Source of the DNA: a virus
Taxonomy: Duplodnaviria; Caudoviricetes
Direction: 5' to 3' (one strand)
IMG/VR virus record: IMGVR_UViG_3300037247_001852
Location: 1 to 60,189 of that record
Length of the DNA: 60,189 bases
The notes below the pieces were generated by a model, which worked only from the letters and a program-made list of their open reading frames with translations, had not been told where the DNA came from and searched no databases. Shown here piece after piece: positions 8,182 to 16,431 of the stretch. The translations under genes were made by a program, and so were the position numbers. Numbering within the stretch: position 1 is the first letter of the stretch; every line of letters begins with the position of its first letter.

Positions 8182-8702
8182 GATGTCGCTCTCTCGAAGT
8201 AGTGCCGGCCCGGTTTCTCGTAGGGCTGGATCTCGAGCTTCTCGAGTTCCTCCGCTGTCGGTTCGCGGTGGCGGCTCGCCTCGATGCGAGGATAGCCCGG
8301 GACGCGCGCGTCATCGATCGCGATGTAACCGCTCTCCCTCGAGCTCGTCGATATCCAGGTCTCGACCGTCGCCTTCGGGTACGCTTCGACGAGCTGCTCG
8401 GGCGTCACGCCGTTCAGGGTGATCGTGAGCGGCCTGACGTCGGCCGCCTCGAGCGCGGCGATTAGCCGATCGACTCGGTCTCGTAGTTTCCCGGTGTCCA
8501 TGGTGTCCCTCCTGGTTGTCTTGATGCACCCCGGGCACATCGTCGCGTCCTCGGGCACTGGATCGAACGGCTCGTCGCACTCGTCGCACTGCGTCCACCG
8601 GCAGACCGCGCAAGGCGTCTTCCCGCTGATGCGGTTCCGGCCGGTCCCGAGGCAGCCGTAGCAGTCCGGAGTTATCAGTCGCTGTCCCAGCGCCTCGTCC
8701 AT
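8178..8702 (-). CDS. Hypothetical protein with N-terminal Zn fingers; internal start at 8501
   Basis: ATG at 8702 coupled to upstream stop; four CxxC pairs; second ATG at 8501 with AGGAGGGA RBS. Confidence 0.65.
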   Translation of the reverse strand: MDEALGQRLITPDCYGCLGTGRNRISGKTPCAVCRWTQCDECDEPFDPVPEDATMCPGCIKTTRRDTMDTGKLRDRVDRLIAALEAADVRPLTITLNGVTPEQLVEAYPKATVETWISTSSRESGYIAIDDARVPGYPRIEASRHREPTAEELEKLEIQPYEKPGRHYFERATS

Positions 8703-9082
8703 TAGACGCTCCGCCGCCGCGCCCACGCGGCGCGCTGCTCGGCTTCCCTGCGCTCCCTGGCCTCGTCGTCCTTGCGTCGCGCCTCCTTCGCTTCGCGGTA
8801 GCCGGGCGTGCGCTGGTTCTGTCGGATGGCGAGCGTCAGCGACTCGACGAGGTCCGGGTCGTCCGTGTCGATGTTGAACACGCCGGAGAGCTCGAAGAAG
8901 TTGCCGAAGAAGCGGGTGACTCCCTCGGGGATCGCCGGGTCCGGGTCGTCGAAGACGAAGTTGCCGTAGGCCTCGAAGCGGGGATCGAGCGCGTACTCCG
9001 CGAGCCGCTCGAACAGCTTCTCGATCGGGTCGGGGTCTTCGCCCAGCCACTTGGATCCGTTGCTGTGGATCGTGGTCGTCAC
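8702..9082 (-). CDS. Conserved-looking phage hypothetical protein
   Basis: GGAGGA RBS, GTG; SNGSKWLG...LDPRFE...FFGNF. Confidence 0.75.
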   Translation of the reverse strand: MTTTIHSNGSKWLGEDPDPIEKLFERLAEYALDPRFEAYGNFVFDDPDPAIPEGVTRFFGNFFELSGVFNIDTDDPDLVESLTLAIRQNQRTPGYREAKEARRKDDEARERREAEQRAAWARRRSV

Positions 9083-9795
9083 GACTGGTCCTCCCACCCG
9101 AACAACTCGCGGGCCATTCGCTTCGCGGCGTAGACGCCGGCGTTGTTGAGCTGGCGCTGCCACGCACCGACGGAGCGCGCCCAGCGGAACCCGGCGCTCT
9201 TCATCTTGCGGCACGTCTCCTTGTCGGGCCGCGCGTCGAAGTAGAACCGGACGCGGTTGTCGCCCTTGTCCTCCTCGATGCGGAAGCCGTCGCCCTCGAC
9301 GGGCTCGGACTCGACGCGCTCGGAGGCCTTCTCCAGCCCCTCCAGCCGCTTGCGGTAGCGCCGGATGTTGCCGCCGAGGTTCTTGAGCACGTAGGACGGA
9401 AGCTGGTCCCCGCCCTCGGCGCGGGCCTTCTTGTTGTGGGCCTTGTACCGGTCGCGCTCCGCCTCGAGCTCCGCGAGCTTGGCGCGCAGCTTGACCACGG
9501 CCTCCGGGTCGTCGGAGCTGACCCCGTGGGTGCCGTAGTTCTCGGCCTTGTCCGCGTAGTAGGCGGCGGTCCTGTCCGCGTCGATGGCCTTGCGCGTGTT
9601 GCGATCGACCCGCTCGAGGTCGCGGCGGTGACGCCGCTCGCTATGGTGGCCGACGAGCACGGGCTGCCCCATCGGGATGTGGTCGAGGATCCCGCGCGCC
9701 GCGTCGTTCGCGGCCTTGGCCTCGCCCCGCTTCTTCTCCGCGCGCCTCGCGTGGCGCTCGCGGCGCCGTTCGATTCGCTCCTCGTATTCCGTCAT
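9079..9795 (-). CDS. DUF3560 domain protein
   Basis: IPMGQPVLVGHHSERRHRRD, SSDDPEAV, GFRW...WQR. Confidence 0.85.
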   Translation of the reverse strand: MTEYEERIERRRERHARRAEKKRGEAKAANDAARGILDHIPMGQPVLVGHHSERRHRRDLERVDRNTRKAIDADRTAAYYADKAENYGTHGVSSDDPEAVVKLRAKLAELEAERDRYKAHNKKARAEGGDQLPSYVLKNLGGNIRRYRKRLEGLEKASERVESEPVEGDGFRIEEDKGDNRVRFYFDARPDKETCRKMKSAGFRWARSVGAWQRQLNNAGVYAAKRMARELFGWEDQS

Positions 9796-9832
9796 GCGTT
9801 TACCTCCTTGCGGTAGTGCGGCGGGCCGGCGG

Positions 9833-10108
9833 TCACTGGCGCCACGCTTCCCGGTTGAAGCCGAGGTCGGCGCCCATCTGCCAACAGCCGTACCCCTCGT
9901 AATCGTCCCGCGAGAGATCGCCGACTATGCGGGTAGCCTCGACGTATGAGACTCGGTAGCCGACCCAGGCGCTCACGAGGTCAGCGACACATCGCTCCCA
10001 AGCTGCGCGCCCCGCCTTCCACCCCCGGAAGTCAGCGTGGCTCTGTAGCCCCGTGGACTTGGCGTACTCGGCACCGATGCGCCGCGCAACGTGGTTGGGC
10101 GCGGTCAT
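9833..10108 (-). CDS. Hypothetical protein
   Basis: GGAG RBS, ATGA overlap. Confidence 0.55.
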   Translation of the reverse strand: MTAPNHVARRIGAEYAKSTGLQSHADFRGWKAGRAAWERCVADLVSAWVGYRVSYVEATRIVGDLSRDDYEGYGCWQMGADLGFNREAWRQ

Positions 10109-10578
10109 CGGGACATCTCCGCACTCTCGCAGATCGACTCGACCTCCCACCATAGGCCGTGCTTGTCCTGCCCGTGATTCGTCACGCGAACGTCATAGCG
10201 GCGGAAGAGGTCGTCCCAGTCGGCGCACGGCACGGCAAAAGACGCCCAGCCCGTAGACCGACGGCTCATCAGATACGGCACGCCGCGCTGGAAGCGGACG
10301 CAGCCAACCCCGAGGAGTTTTGTACCACGGTACGGCGGAATCTTGGCGCGGGCCTCAGCTAGTTCCTCGGCAAGCCTCGTGTTCTGCGTGCGCTGTTCAT
10401 CGATGACGCGACGCGACCGCGCCAGCTCACTCGCCAACGCGAAGGAGGCCTCCGTGGATTCCGCGCCAGATCCTACGACGCGCACGGTGAGTCCGTCGAC
10501 CTTGAATGATGACATCCTCGACCCGTCTGGCGCGGCGCCGAAGGTGACGATGGACGATGTTTCGTTACGCGGTGTCAT
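10105..10578 (-). CDS. Hypothetical protein
   Basis: GGAGG RBS, ATGA overlap. Confidence 0.65.
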   Translation of the reverse strand: MTPRNETSSIVTFGAAPDGSRMSSFKVDGLTVRVVGSGAESTEASFALASELARSRRVIDEQRTQNTRLAEELAEARAKIPPYRGTKLLGVGCVRFQRGVPYLMSRRSTGWASFAVPCADWDDLFRRYDVRVTNHGQDKHGLWWEVESICESAEMSR

Positions 10579-10766
10579 CGGGACACCTCCTCGATCTCCG
10601 AGCAGTCCGCCAAATGGAACCCGCGACCACCGCACTCGGGGCAGGGGTCGCCGTGGTACACGCCGCAACCGACGCAGCAATCTTCGTCGTCGAGCCGGCA
10701 GTCGGCGTCGGTCGCGTGTCTCTGACGGGTTTCTTCGCCCATCGTCTTCTCCCTCGCCCGAGTCAT
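10575..10766 (-). CDS. Small Cys-rich protein (start 10766 or 10742)
   Basis: CCVGCG...CPECGGRGFH...C. Confidence 0.6.
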   Translation of the reverse strand: MTRAREKTMGEETRQRHATDADCRLDDEDCCVGCGVYHGDPCPECGGRGFHLADCSEIEEVSR

Positions 10767-10975
10767 CGGGCCATCGCTGTGTAGGTAAACCGCGTCGCGG
10801 AGTTGCGGCCCATCGAGCTGCGCAGTCGCGCTGCCTCGGCCTCGGCCTCCTCGCGCGTGCCGTACTCGACGACCTCGTCGTCGCTCTTCAGCCACGCCTG
10901 TCGGCTGCCGGTGACTCCACCGCTGACGGTGCAGTAGACGCCCCACGTGCCGGGCTCGGAGTTGGTGGTGGTCAT
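10763..10975 (-). CDS. Hypothetical protein
   Basis: GAGGAG RBS; MTTTNSEPGTWGVYC. Confidence 0.65.
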   Translation of the reverse strand: MTTTNSEPGTWGVYCTVSGGVTGSRQAWLKSDDEVVEYGTREEAEAEAARLRSSMGRNSATRFTYTAMAR

Positions 10976-11181
10976 AGGGTCGTCTCCTCTCTGAGTTGAG
11001 CAGCGTCGAACGCCGCGTTTAGGAATGCTGTGGTCGGCTTGTCGTCGAACCATTCGCCCCAGTCGAAGCAACCGAGGACGTTGTCGTCGATGAAGAGCCC
11101 GAGGTCGACCCACCTGAGGGCGTCGGCCCACGCGCGCCCGGCGGCGCGCTCTCGCTCTTGCGTCCGTTGACGGCTCGCCAT
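10972..11181 (-). CDS. Hypothetical protein
   Basis: TAATG stop/start coupling. Confidence 0.55.
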   Translation of the reverse strand: MASRQRTQERERAAGRAWADALRWVDLGLFIDDNVLGCFDWGEWFDDKPTTAFLNAAFDAAQLREETTL

Positions 11182-11465
11182 TAGTACGCATCCAGCGCAT
11201 CGCAGCGGTGGATCTTCGGCGAGCCGTACTCGCCGAAGTGGCGATGCCGCTTGATGATGACGCTCGGCAGCTGGCGCGCGGGGTAGCCGCGGCGCTCGAA
11301 CTCCGCGCTGGACCGCGTGCAAACTTCGCTCGCGGCGACGTAGGTGTCGGCGCTGTCGAGGCCCGTCCACCGGGACTCGTTGACGGAGATCTGGGGGATC
11401 CACTCGTCCCGCGCGTCTCCATCCCAACACGTAACTACGTGCGCGACTCGAAGCCTGATCGTCAT
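11181..11465 (-). CDS. Hypothetical protein
   Basis: Tightly packed, GGAGG upstream. Confidence 0.6.
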   Translation of the reverse strand: MTIRLRVAHVVTCWDGDARDEWIPQISVNESRWTGLDSADTYVAASEVCTRSSAEFERRGYPARQLPSVIIKRHRHFGEYGSPKIHRCDALDAY

Positions 11466-11468
11466 GGT

Positions 11469-11951
11469 CTACGCGACCTCCGGTCGGCCGTAGCCGCGGG
11501 GGGTCTCCGATCGGCGCAGGCACTCGCCTGTCACCGAACGGCCGGCGGTCTGCCGGTTCGCCTCGCCCTTACAGCAGGGGCACCATTCCTCGTGCTGCGC
11601 GCGGTAGGGAGCGGAGGCGAACACGTGGCGCTCTAACTCGCGGGCGGACAGCGGTCCATGCAGGCGCACGCCATCCCAGAAATACAGACCTCGTGTGTCC
11701 TCGAAGATGTCGATGATGCAGCGGACGGCGGCGATCGCGTCGCGGCCGAACTCGCCGTAGTTCGCATCCGTGTCACACCACACAAGGTGGGTGCCACAAT
11801 CCCGGACGATCCACACGAAGGGGTGACCGGGGTTCCGGTCGATCGCCCTACGATCGTGATGGATCAGGTCCGAGCGAAAACTGGCAAGGCACTCCGTCGT
11901 GCGCGCGACGTTGAGTAGCGCGGCGTACGCGGGGTTGCGGGTTCTCTTCAT
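11469..11951 (-). CDS. Hypothetical protein
   Basis: AAGGAGG RBS; FVWIVRDCGTHL motif. Confidence 0.7.
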   Translation of the reverse strand: MKRTRNPAYAALLNVARTTECLASFRSDLIHHDRRAIDRNPGHPFVWIVRDCGTHLVWCDTDANYGEFGRDAIAAVRCIIDIFEDTRGLYFWDGVRLHGPLSARELERHVFASAPYRAQHEEWCPCCKGEANRQTAGRSVTGECLRRSETPRGYGRPEVA

Positions 11952-12575
11952 TTATCGAGTCGCCTCCTTCTCCGCGCAGCCGCGGCAAGTATTCTCGGGC
12001 GACCCGTCAGCCAGAATCACCAACTCCAGCGACTCCGCGGGGTCCCCGCAGCGTTCGCACCAATCGGCATCGGCCTTCTCCTCGGACCAGATCAGCCCGA
12101 AGCTGACGTCGTAGACTTCGATCTGCTCCTCGTCTCCGTCGTCCGTCGGGATCATGATCCCTTCCGGGCCGCAGGCGGAGGGCTCGTCCTCCGGTTTGCC
12201 GTCGTACATCGACTGCATCCACAGTCGGTCGCCCTCGAACCAAATCTTGAAGGAGTCGCCGCCGCCGTCGGTCCACCACTTCACGACCTTCTCGGCGGTC
12301 GTGCGGTTCACGAGCGGCTTGGCCCACCCGTTCCAGCGGTGCCCGTCGGTCCAGCCGGAGATCCGGCTGTCCTCGTCGTCTTCGATCTGGAAGTCTGTCG
12401 TGTAGTACTTGGTCAGCTCTTCCGCCGTGACGAACTCCGCGCTGTCGCGCGGGACGCGGAGGTGGAAGCCGCCGCCGGCCTTGTTAATGCCGAGAGTCGT
12501 GGGGTCGGTGTCGTCGTTGACCTCGTAGGCCGTTGCCCATGTCTTCGGCGATCCCTTCTTGACGATGTATTTCAT
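11952..12575 (-). CDS. Hypothetical protein, first gene of the leftward early operon
   Basis: GGAGGGA RBS; WNGWAKP motif. Confidence 0.75.
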   Translation of the reverse strand: MKYIVKKGSPKTWATAYEVNDDTDPTTLGINKAGGGFHLRVPRDSAEFVTAEELTKYYTTDFQIEDDEDSRISGWTDGHRWNGWAKPLVNRTTAEKVVKWWTDGGGDSFKIWFEGDRLWMQSMYDGKPEDEPSACGPEGIMIPTDDGDEEQIEVYDVSFGLIWSEEKADADWCERCGDPAESLELVILADGSPENTCRGCAEKEATR

Positions 12576-12773
12576 GTGTCCCTCCGATAGGCGACCGGCC
12601 CGGTGGCCGTCGCGTTTAGGGGCCCTCTACTGCCCCGACTCCTTCCGGCGTAGCCTCTCGGCGAGGGCTGGTGTCGGTCTCGTTCGAGACGTCAACCGTT
12701 ACTCGGAGGGCCGCCGGTCGCGTTTTAGGGGGGGCTCTCTAGCCACCCCTCTCCTATTTCCCTCTCTATATAC

Positions 12774-12802
12774 AATGTAAGCATTATTACGGGGTTACGC
12801 CA
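12774..12802 (-). promoter_or_regulatory. Early leftward promoter
   Basis: TGGCGT-17 nt-TACATT in an AT-rich gap; shares CGTAATnnTGCTTACATTnTA with 51109-51129. Confidence 0.7.
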
Positions 12803-12810
12803 TAGGCTAG

Positions 12811-12840
12811 CCTCCGAAATCCTCCGAAATCCTCCGAAAT
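12811..12840. repeat. Perfect tandem repeat 3 x CCTCCGAAAT
   Basis: Read directly; immediately upstream of the leftward promoter. Confidence 0.95.
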
Positions 12841-12853
12841 GCCCGCAATCATA

Positions 12854-13303
12854 TCAGCTAGTTGCGGACACGCGGCGGCTACTCCGGAGCGCCCGGAGGA
12901 CCCTGCGGGCCCGAAGTCGGTTCGCGGGGGAGTTGTACCAGCGGTTGACCCCGGACGGGTGCGGGACGACGACGGCCCAGCGACCGCGCAGCTTGAACCA
13001 CCTTAGATAGGGCTCGCGTCCCGCGCCGAACGCGGCGGCCACTCCGTGCCCGAGCAGGACCACGTGGTCTCCCCGGAGCCGCGACCGTCGTGCCGCTTCC
13101 CTCGCGACGGCGGCCGGGAACGCGTCCCCCTTCTCCGCCTTGCCGGGGAACTCGCGCAGCAGGTTGCGCGGCCGGAGCAGCTCGAGCGCGGCGTCCAGGT
13201 CGAGCCCCATCAGCTTCGCGATCCGTTGGCCGCTGTCGCCGCGCAGCGGTCGGCTCCTCGGCGTGTTCGGTCCGGGCGCCTGCCCGATCGTGGTGACGAT
13301 CAC
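12854..13303 (-). CDS. Uracil-DNA glycosylase superfamily protein
   Basis: IGQAPG, SG-x2-I, NLL, VVLLG-x2-A, VVPHPSG motifs. Confidence 0.8.
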   Translation of the reverse strand: MIVTTIGQAPGPNTPRSRPLRGDSGQRIAKLMGLDLDAALELLRPRNLLREFPGKAEKGDAFPAAVAREAARRSRLRGDHVVLLGHGVAAAFGAGREPYLRWFKLRGRWAVVVPHPSGVNRWYNSPANRLRARRVLRALRSSRRVSATS

Positions 13304-13324
13304 CGGCCTACCGTGTCGCGACGC

Positions 13325-14812
13325 TCAGCGTTCGTCCAGCTTGCGGAGGATCTCGTCGCGGACCACGCGCGCGACGTGCGACATCATCACCGGGGGCACG
13401 GCGTTGCCGAGCCGGTGCCACTGCTGGCCGTAGGTGCCGACGAGCTCGTAGTCGTCGGGGAACCCGCAGATGCGGCGCAGCTCCGCGATCGTGAACTTGC
13501 GCCAGCCGTCCGGGTGCACGACGGCCGCGGTGCCCCTGTGCGATCCGCCCACCGCGGACACGGTCGGGCTGGGAGCGTCGGGGTGCGGCCTCGAGAGGTT
13601 GAAGTACTTGTCCGACGTCTCGCCCGGCCCCAACTTCTTGGCCTCCTCGGCGAGCATCGTCCCCTCGAGGGTCTCGTCCTCGTAGACCTGGAAGTGGTGC
13701 TCCGCGGCCCCGCCGCTGATCGTGATCGCCGGCGAGGGCTTGTCGAGCACGTCTCCCTGGCTGAACAGCCCGCTGGTGTCGTGGACGACGCGGCGGATCT
13801 TCGTCGCGCCGTGGTTGCCGCCGCTGATGCCCTGCGCGCAGATCGCCGGCGACGGAAGGTCCGCGTGCACCTCGCCCCGTTGCTCCGGGCGGACCTTGAC
13901 GCGCTCGACCTCGATGCCGCGCTCGAGGCGGCCCTGGGCCATGTCCCCGATCGCGTCCCGGATCGAGTAGTAGTACGGTAGCGGCTTCGGGTGCGCCGGC
14001 TCGACGCCGAGGTCCTCGCGGACGCCGACGAAGATCACCCGGGTTCTCGACTGCGGGACGCCGAGCCACTTGGCGTCGAGCAGCTTGACCGCGACGCGGT
14101 AGCCGGCGTCTTCGAGCCGCTTCAGGATGATCTTGAAGTAGCCCTTGGCCACGCCCTTGACCAGGCCGGAGACGTTCTCGGCGACGAACACGCGCGGCTG
14201 GATCTCCTCGACCAGGCGCGCGTACTCGAGGAACAGGTCGTCGTCGCGCTGCACGCCGTCGGAGGTCTGGCGCTCCTTGCCCCAGCCCTTGGCCCGCGCG
14301 CCGGCGGTCGAGAACGGGGTGCAGGGCGGCGAGCCGTCGAGCAGGTCGAGCTCGCCGCGCTCGAGGCCGCACGCGCCGAGGACTTCGGCGCCCGTCACCT
14401 CGCGGATGTCGCGGCCGTCGAGCACCGAGCGCGGGTGGTTCGCCTCGTACGAGTCGCGCGCCTCGGCGAGGAACTCGTTGGCCCACGCCACGCGGAAGCC
14501 CGCCATCCGATAGCCCAGGCACGACCCACCGCCGCCGGAGAACGTCGACGCCACGGTGTAGCCGTTCCACGGGATCGCCTCGATCTCGGCCATCGACGGG
14601 ACGCGGTACGGCGGCCGACCGTTCACGGAAGCCACCTTGGCGTTCACGGATCGGGGCCTTTTGTTCACGCGCTCGCGAACCCAGCCGCCGGTCTTCCGGT
14701 CGGACGCCTGCGTCTTGATCGTCGGCGCCGGCTCGTCCGGGGACAACTCGCGCGGCGTGTGGTTGGAGTGCGAGCCGACGGCCGCGATGACCCTCCGTGA
14801 CTTGAAGCCCAT
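13325..14812 (-). CDS. DNA (cytosine-5)-methyltransferase
   Basis: STFSGGGG (I), GSPPCTPFS (IV), ENVSG (VI), GVPQSRTR (VIII), RICGFP (IX), LGNAVPP (X). Confidence 0.93.
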   Translation of the reverse strand: MGFKSRRVIAAVGSHSNHTPRELSPDEPAPTIKTQASDRKTGGWVRERVNKRPRSVNAKVASVNGRPPYRVPSMAEIEAIPWNGYTVASTFSGGGGSCLGYRMAGFRVAWANEFLAEARDSYEANHPRSVLDGRDIREVTGAEVLGACGLERGELDLLDGSPPCTPFSTAGARAKGWGKERQTSDGVQRDDDLFLEYARLVEEIQPRVFVAENVSGLVKGVAKGYFKIILKRLEDAGYRVAVKLLDAKWLGVPQSRTRVIFVGVREDLGVEPAHPKPLPYYYSIRDAIGDMAQGRLERGIEVERVKVRPEQRGEVHADLPSPAICAQGISGGNHGATKIRRVVHDTSGLFSQGDVLDKPSPAITISGGAAEHHFQVYEDETLEGTMLAEEAKKLGPGETSDKYFNLSRPHPDAPSPTVSAVGGSHRGTAAVVHPDGWRKFTIAELRRICGFPDDYELVGTYGQQWHRLGNAVPPVMMSHVARVVRDEILRKLDER

Positions 14813-16431
14813 CAGTCCGTCTCCATCTGCGCCCGCACGGCGCGCGCCACCGGCTCGGCCAGCCCGGGCGGCATCGCCTGGCCGAGCATCGAGGAGCGTC
14901 CCGTCTTGGTCGGCGACAGCAGTTGCCAGTCCTCCGGGAAGGACTGCAGGACCAGCCGAGCCTTCTCCGACAACTTCACGCCGCGCGACATGTACGAGCC
15001 GCCGTCGTGGTGGCCTGGCGGTGAGATTCGATCGTCCTTCGTCACGGTCGTCGACGGGCGAGCCCACGGCCACTCGTCCGCGGCCTCCGCTAGTACGCTG
15101 GACGCGACCGATGATGACGACGCCTGGAGGCGAGCGGGCTCCGTTGCACGACTGACAGGCCATTTGCCATCGGCCTGGCGGGATTCCTCCATCACACCAG
15201 ATGTCGCCCCGGTAGCACTTGTTTGGACGAGCGCAGGCTCGTCGGCACGGCTGGGCATGTGGCTGCCTTTGGACGGCCACTGGCCGACACGGCGGGACTC
15301 AGAGAGCACTCCGTCGGGGCGGTGGTGCGACTCCTGGGTGATCGTCTGCGCCGGCTTGTCGACGTCGCTGGGCGGATGGAGATCGCGTGACATCGCCAGC
15401 ACGGCGCCGTCGTTCGGTAGCGCGACCTGCGTCCTGGCCGGTCGGTCGTCGTGCGACGCGTGGCGCCTCGACACGGCGAGCACGTGCGTCGAGTCCTGCC
15501 GGTTCCCGGTCAGCGTCCGCGCCGGCCGGTCCGGCTCGTGCGGTCGCATCATGGCGCGCGGTCCGTCGCCGACGCTCAGGATCGCGCACGGCGGGCTGGT
15601 CCCATTCCCGTGTATCTGCGTTCGAGCCGGCGCGTCCAGGTCGCTGGGCGGGTGCTTGGGGTGCACGACGAGCAGGGACGGGCTCTGAATGCCCGGGCGC
15701 GACCCTAACTGAGTTCGCGCCGGCTTGTCCGTGCGCGAGGCGCGCGCGTCAGGATTGCGCCATCGCAGCCGCACCGGCGTGCCGAGCTCCTCGAGCGACA
15801 GGTGCCGGAGCGCGTCGCGGCACGTCACCCACGGCTCGAGCGGCTCGATCCCCGGCAGCGGCAGCGTCGCCATCCTCGCCGGGTCTCCGTGCGTCGGCGC
15901 CGGCCAGCGGATGCACTCGGTTCCGATTTTATGGGCGAACCAGAACGGCCTCACTCGCGTCTGCGGGACGCCGTAGTTCGCCGCGTTGAGCGACGCGTAG
16001 TCGACGCAGTACCCGAGTCGCGCCGCGGTCTCCCCGATCACCGGCTTGACGACCGAGTCCCAGTGGCTCGAGTCGTCGAGGCCGGGGACGTTCGCGATCA
16101 TCCAGCACTCGGGCAGCAGCAGCTCGATGACCCCCATCGTCGTCGCGAGCATGTCGCGCTCGTCGGCCTGCCCCTTGCGCTTGCCGGCGCGGCTCCAGGG
16201 CGTGCATGGAGGGTCGGCGACGAGGAGGCCGACCCGCTCGGCCGGCCGCCACCCGTCCTGCAGCGAGCGCAGGAAGTCCCTCACGTCCACCTGCGTGGGG
16301 CGGTGGCCGAGGTTCGCCTCGTAGCTCGCGACCGCGTGCGGGTCGGCGTCGATGACCATGTCGAACTCGACGCCGGCGCGGCGGAACCCGAGCGCCATCC
16401 CGCCGCTGCAGCCGAACAACTCGACGTTCAC
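14812..16431 (-). CDS. DNA (cytosine-5)-methyltransferase with repeated variable region
   Basis: ELFGCSGG, ADPPCTPWS, ANVPG, GVPQTRVR, LQSFP, LGQAMPP; GTGA overlap. Confidence 0.9.
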   Translation of the reverse strand: MNVELFGCSGGMALGFRRAGVEFDMVIDADPHAVASYEANLGHRPTQVDVRDFLRSLQDGWRPAERVGLLVADPPCTPWSRAGKRKGQADERDMLATTMGVIELLLPECWMIANVPGLDDSSHWDSVVKPVIGETAARLGYCVDYASLNAANYGVPQTRVRPFWFAHKIGTECIRWPAPTHGDPARMATLPLPGIEPLEPWVTCRDALRHLSLEELGTPVRLRWRNPDARASRTDKPARTQLGSRPGIQSPSLLVVHPKHPPSDLDAPARTQIHGNGTSPPCAILSVGDGPRAMMRPHEPDRPARTLTGNRQDSTHVLAVSRRHASHDDRPARTQVALPNDGAVLAMSRDLHPPSDVDKPAQTITQESHHRPDGVLSESRRVGQWPSKGSHMPSRADEPALVQTSATGATSGVMEESRQADGKWPVSRATEPARLQASSSSVASSVLAEAADEWPWARPSTTVTKDDRISPPGHHDGGSYMSRGVKLSEKARLVLQSFPEDWQLLSPTKTGRSSMLGQAMPPGLAEPVARAVRAQMETD

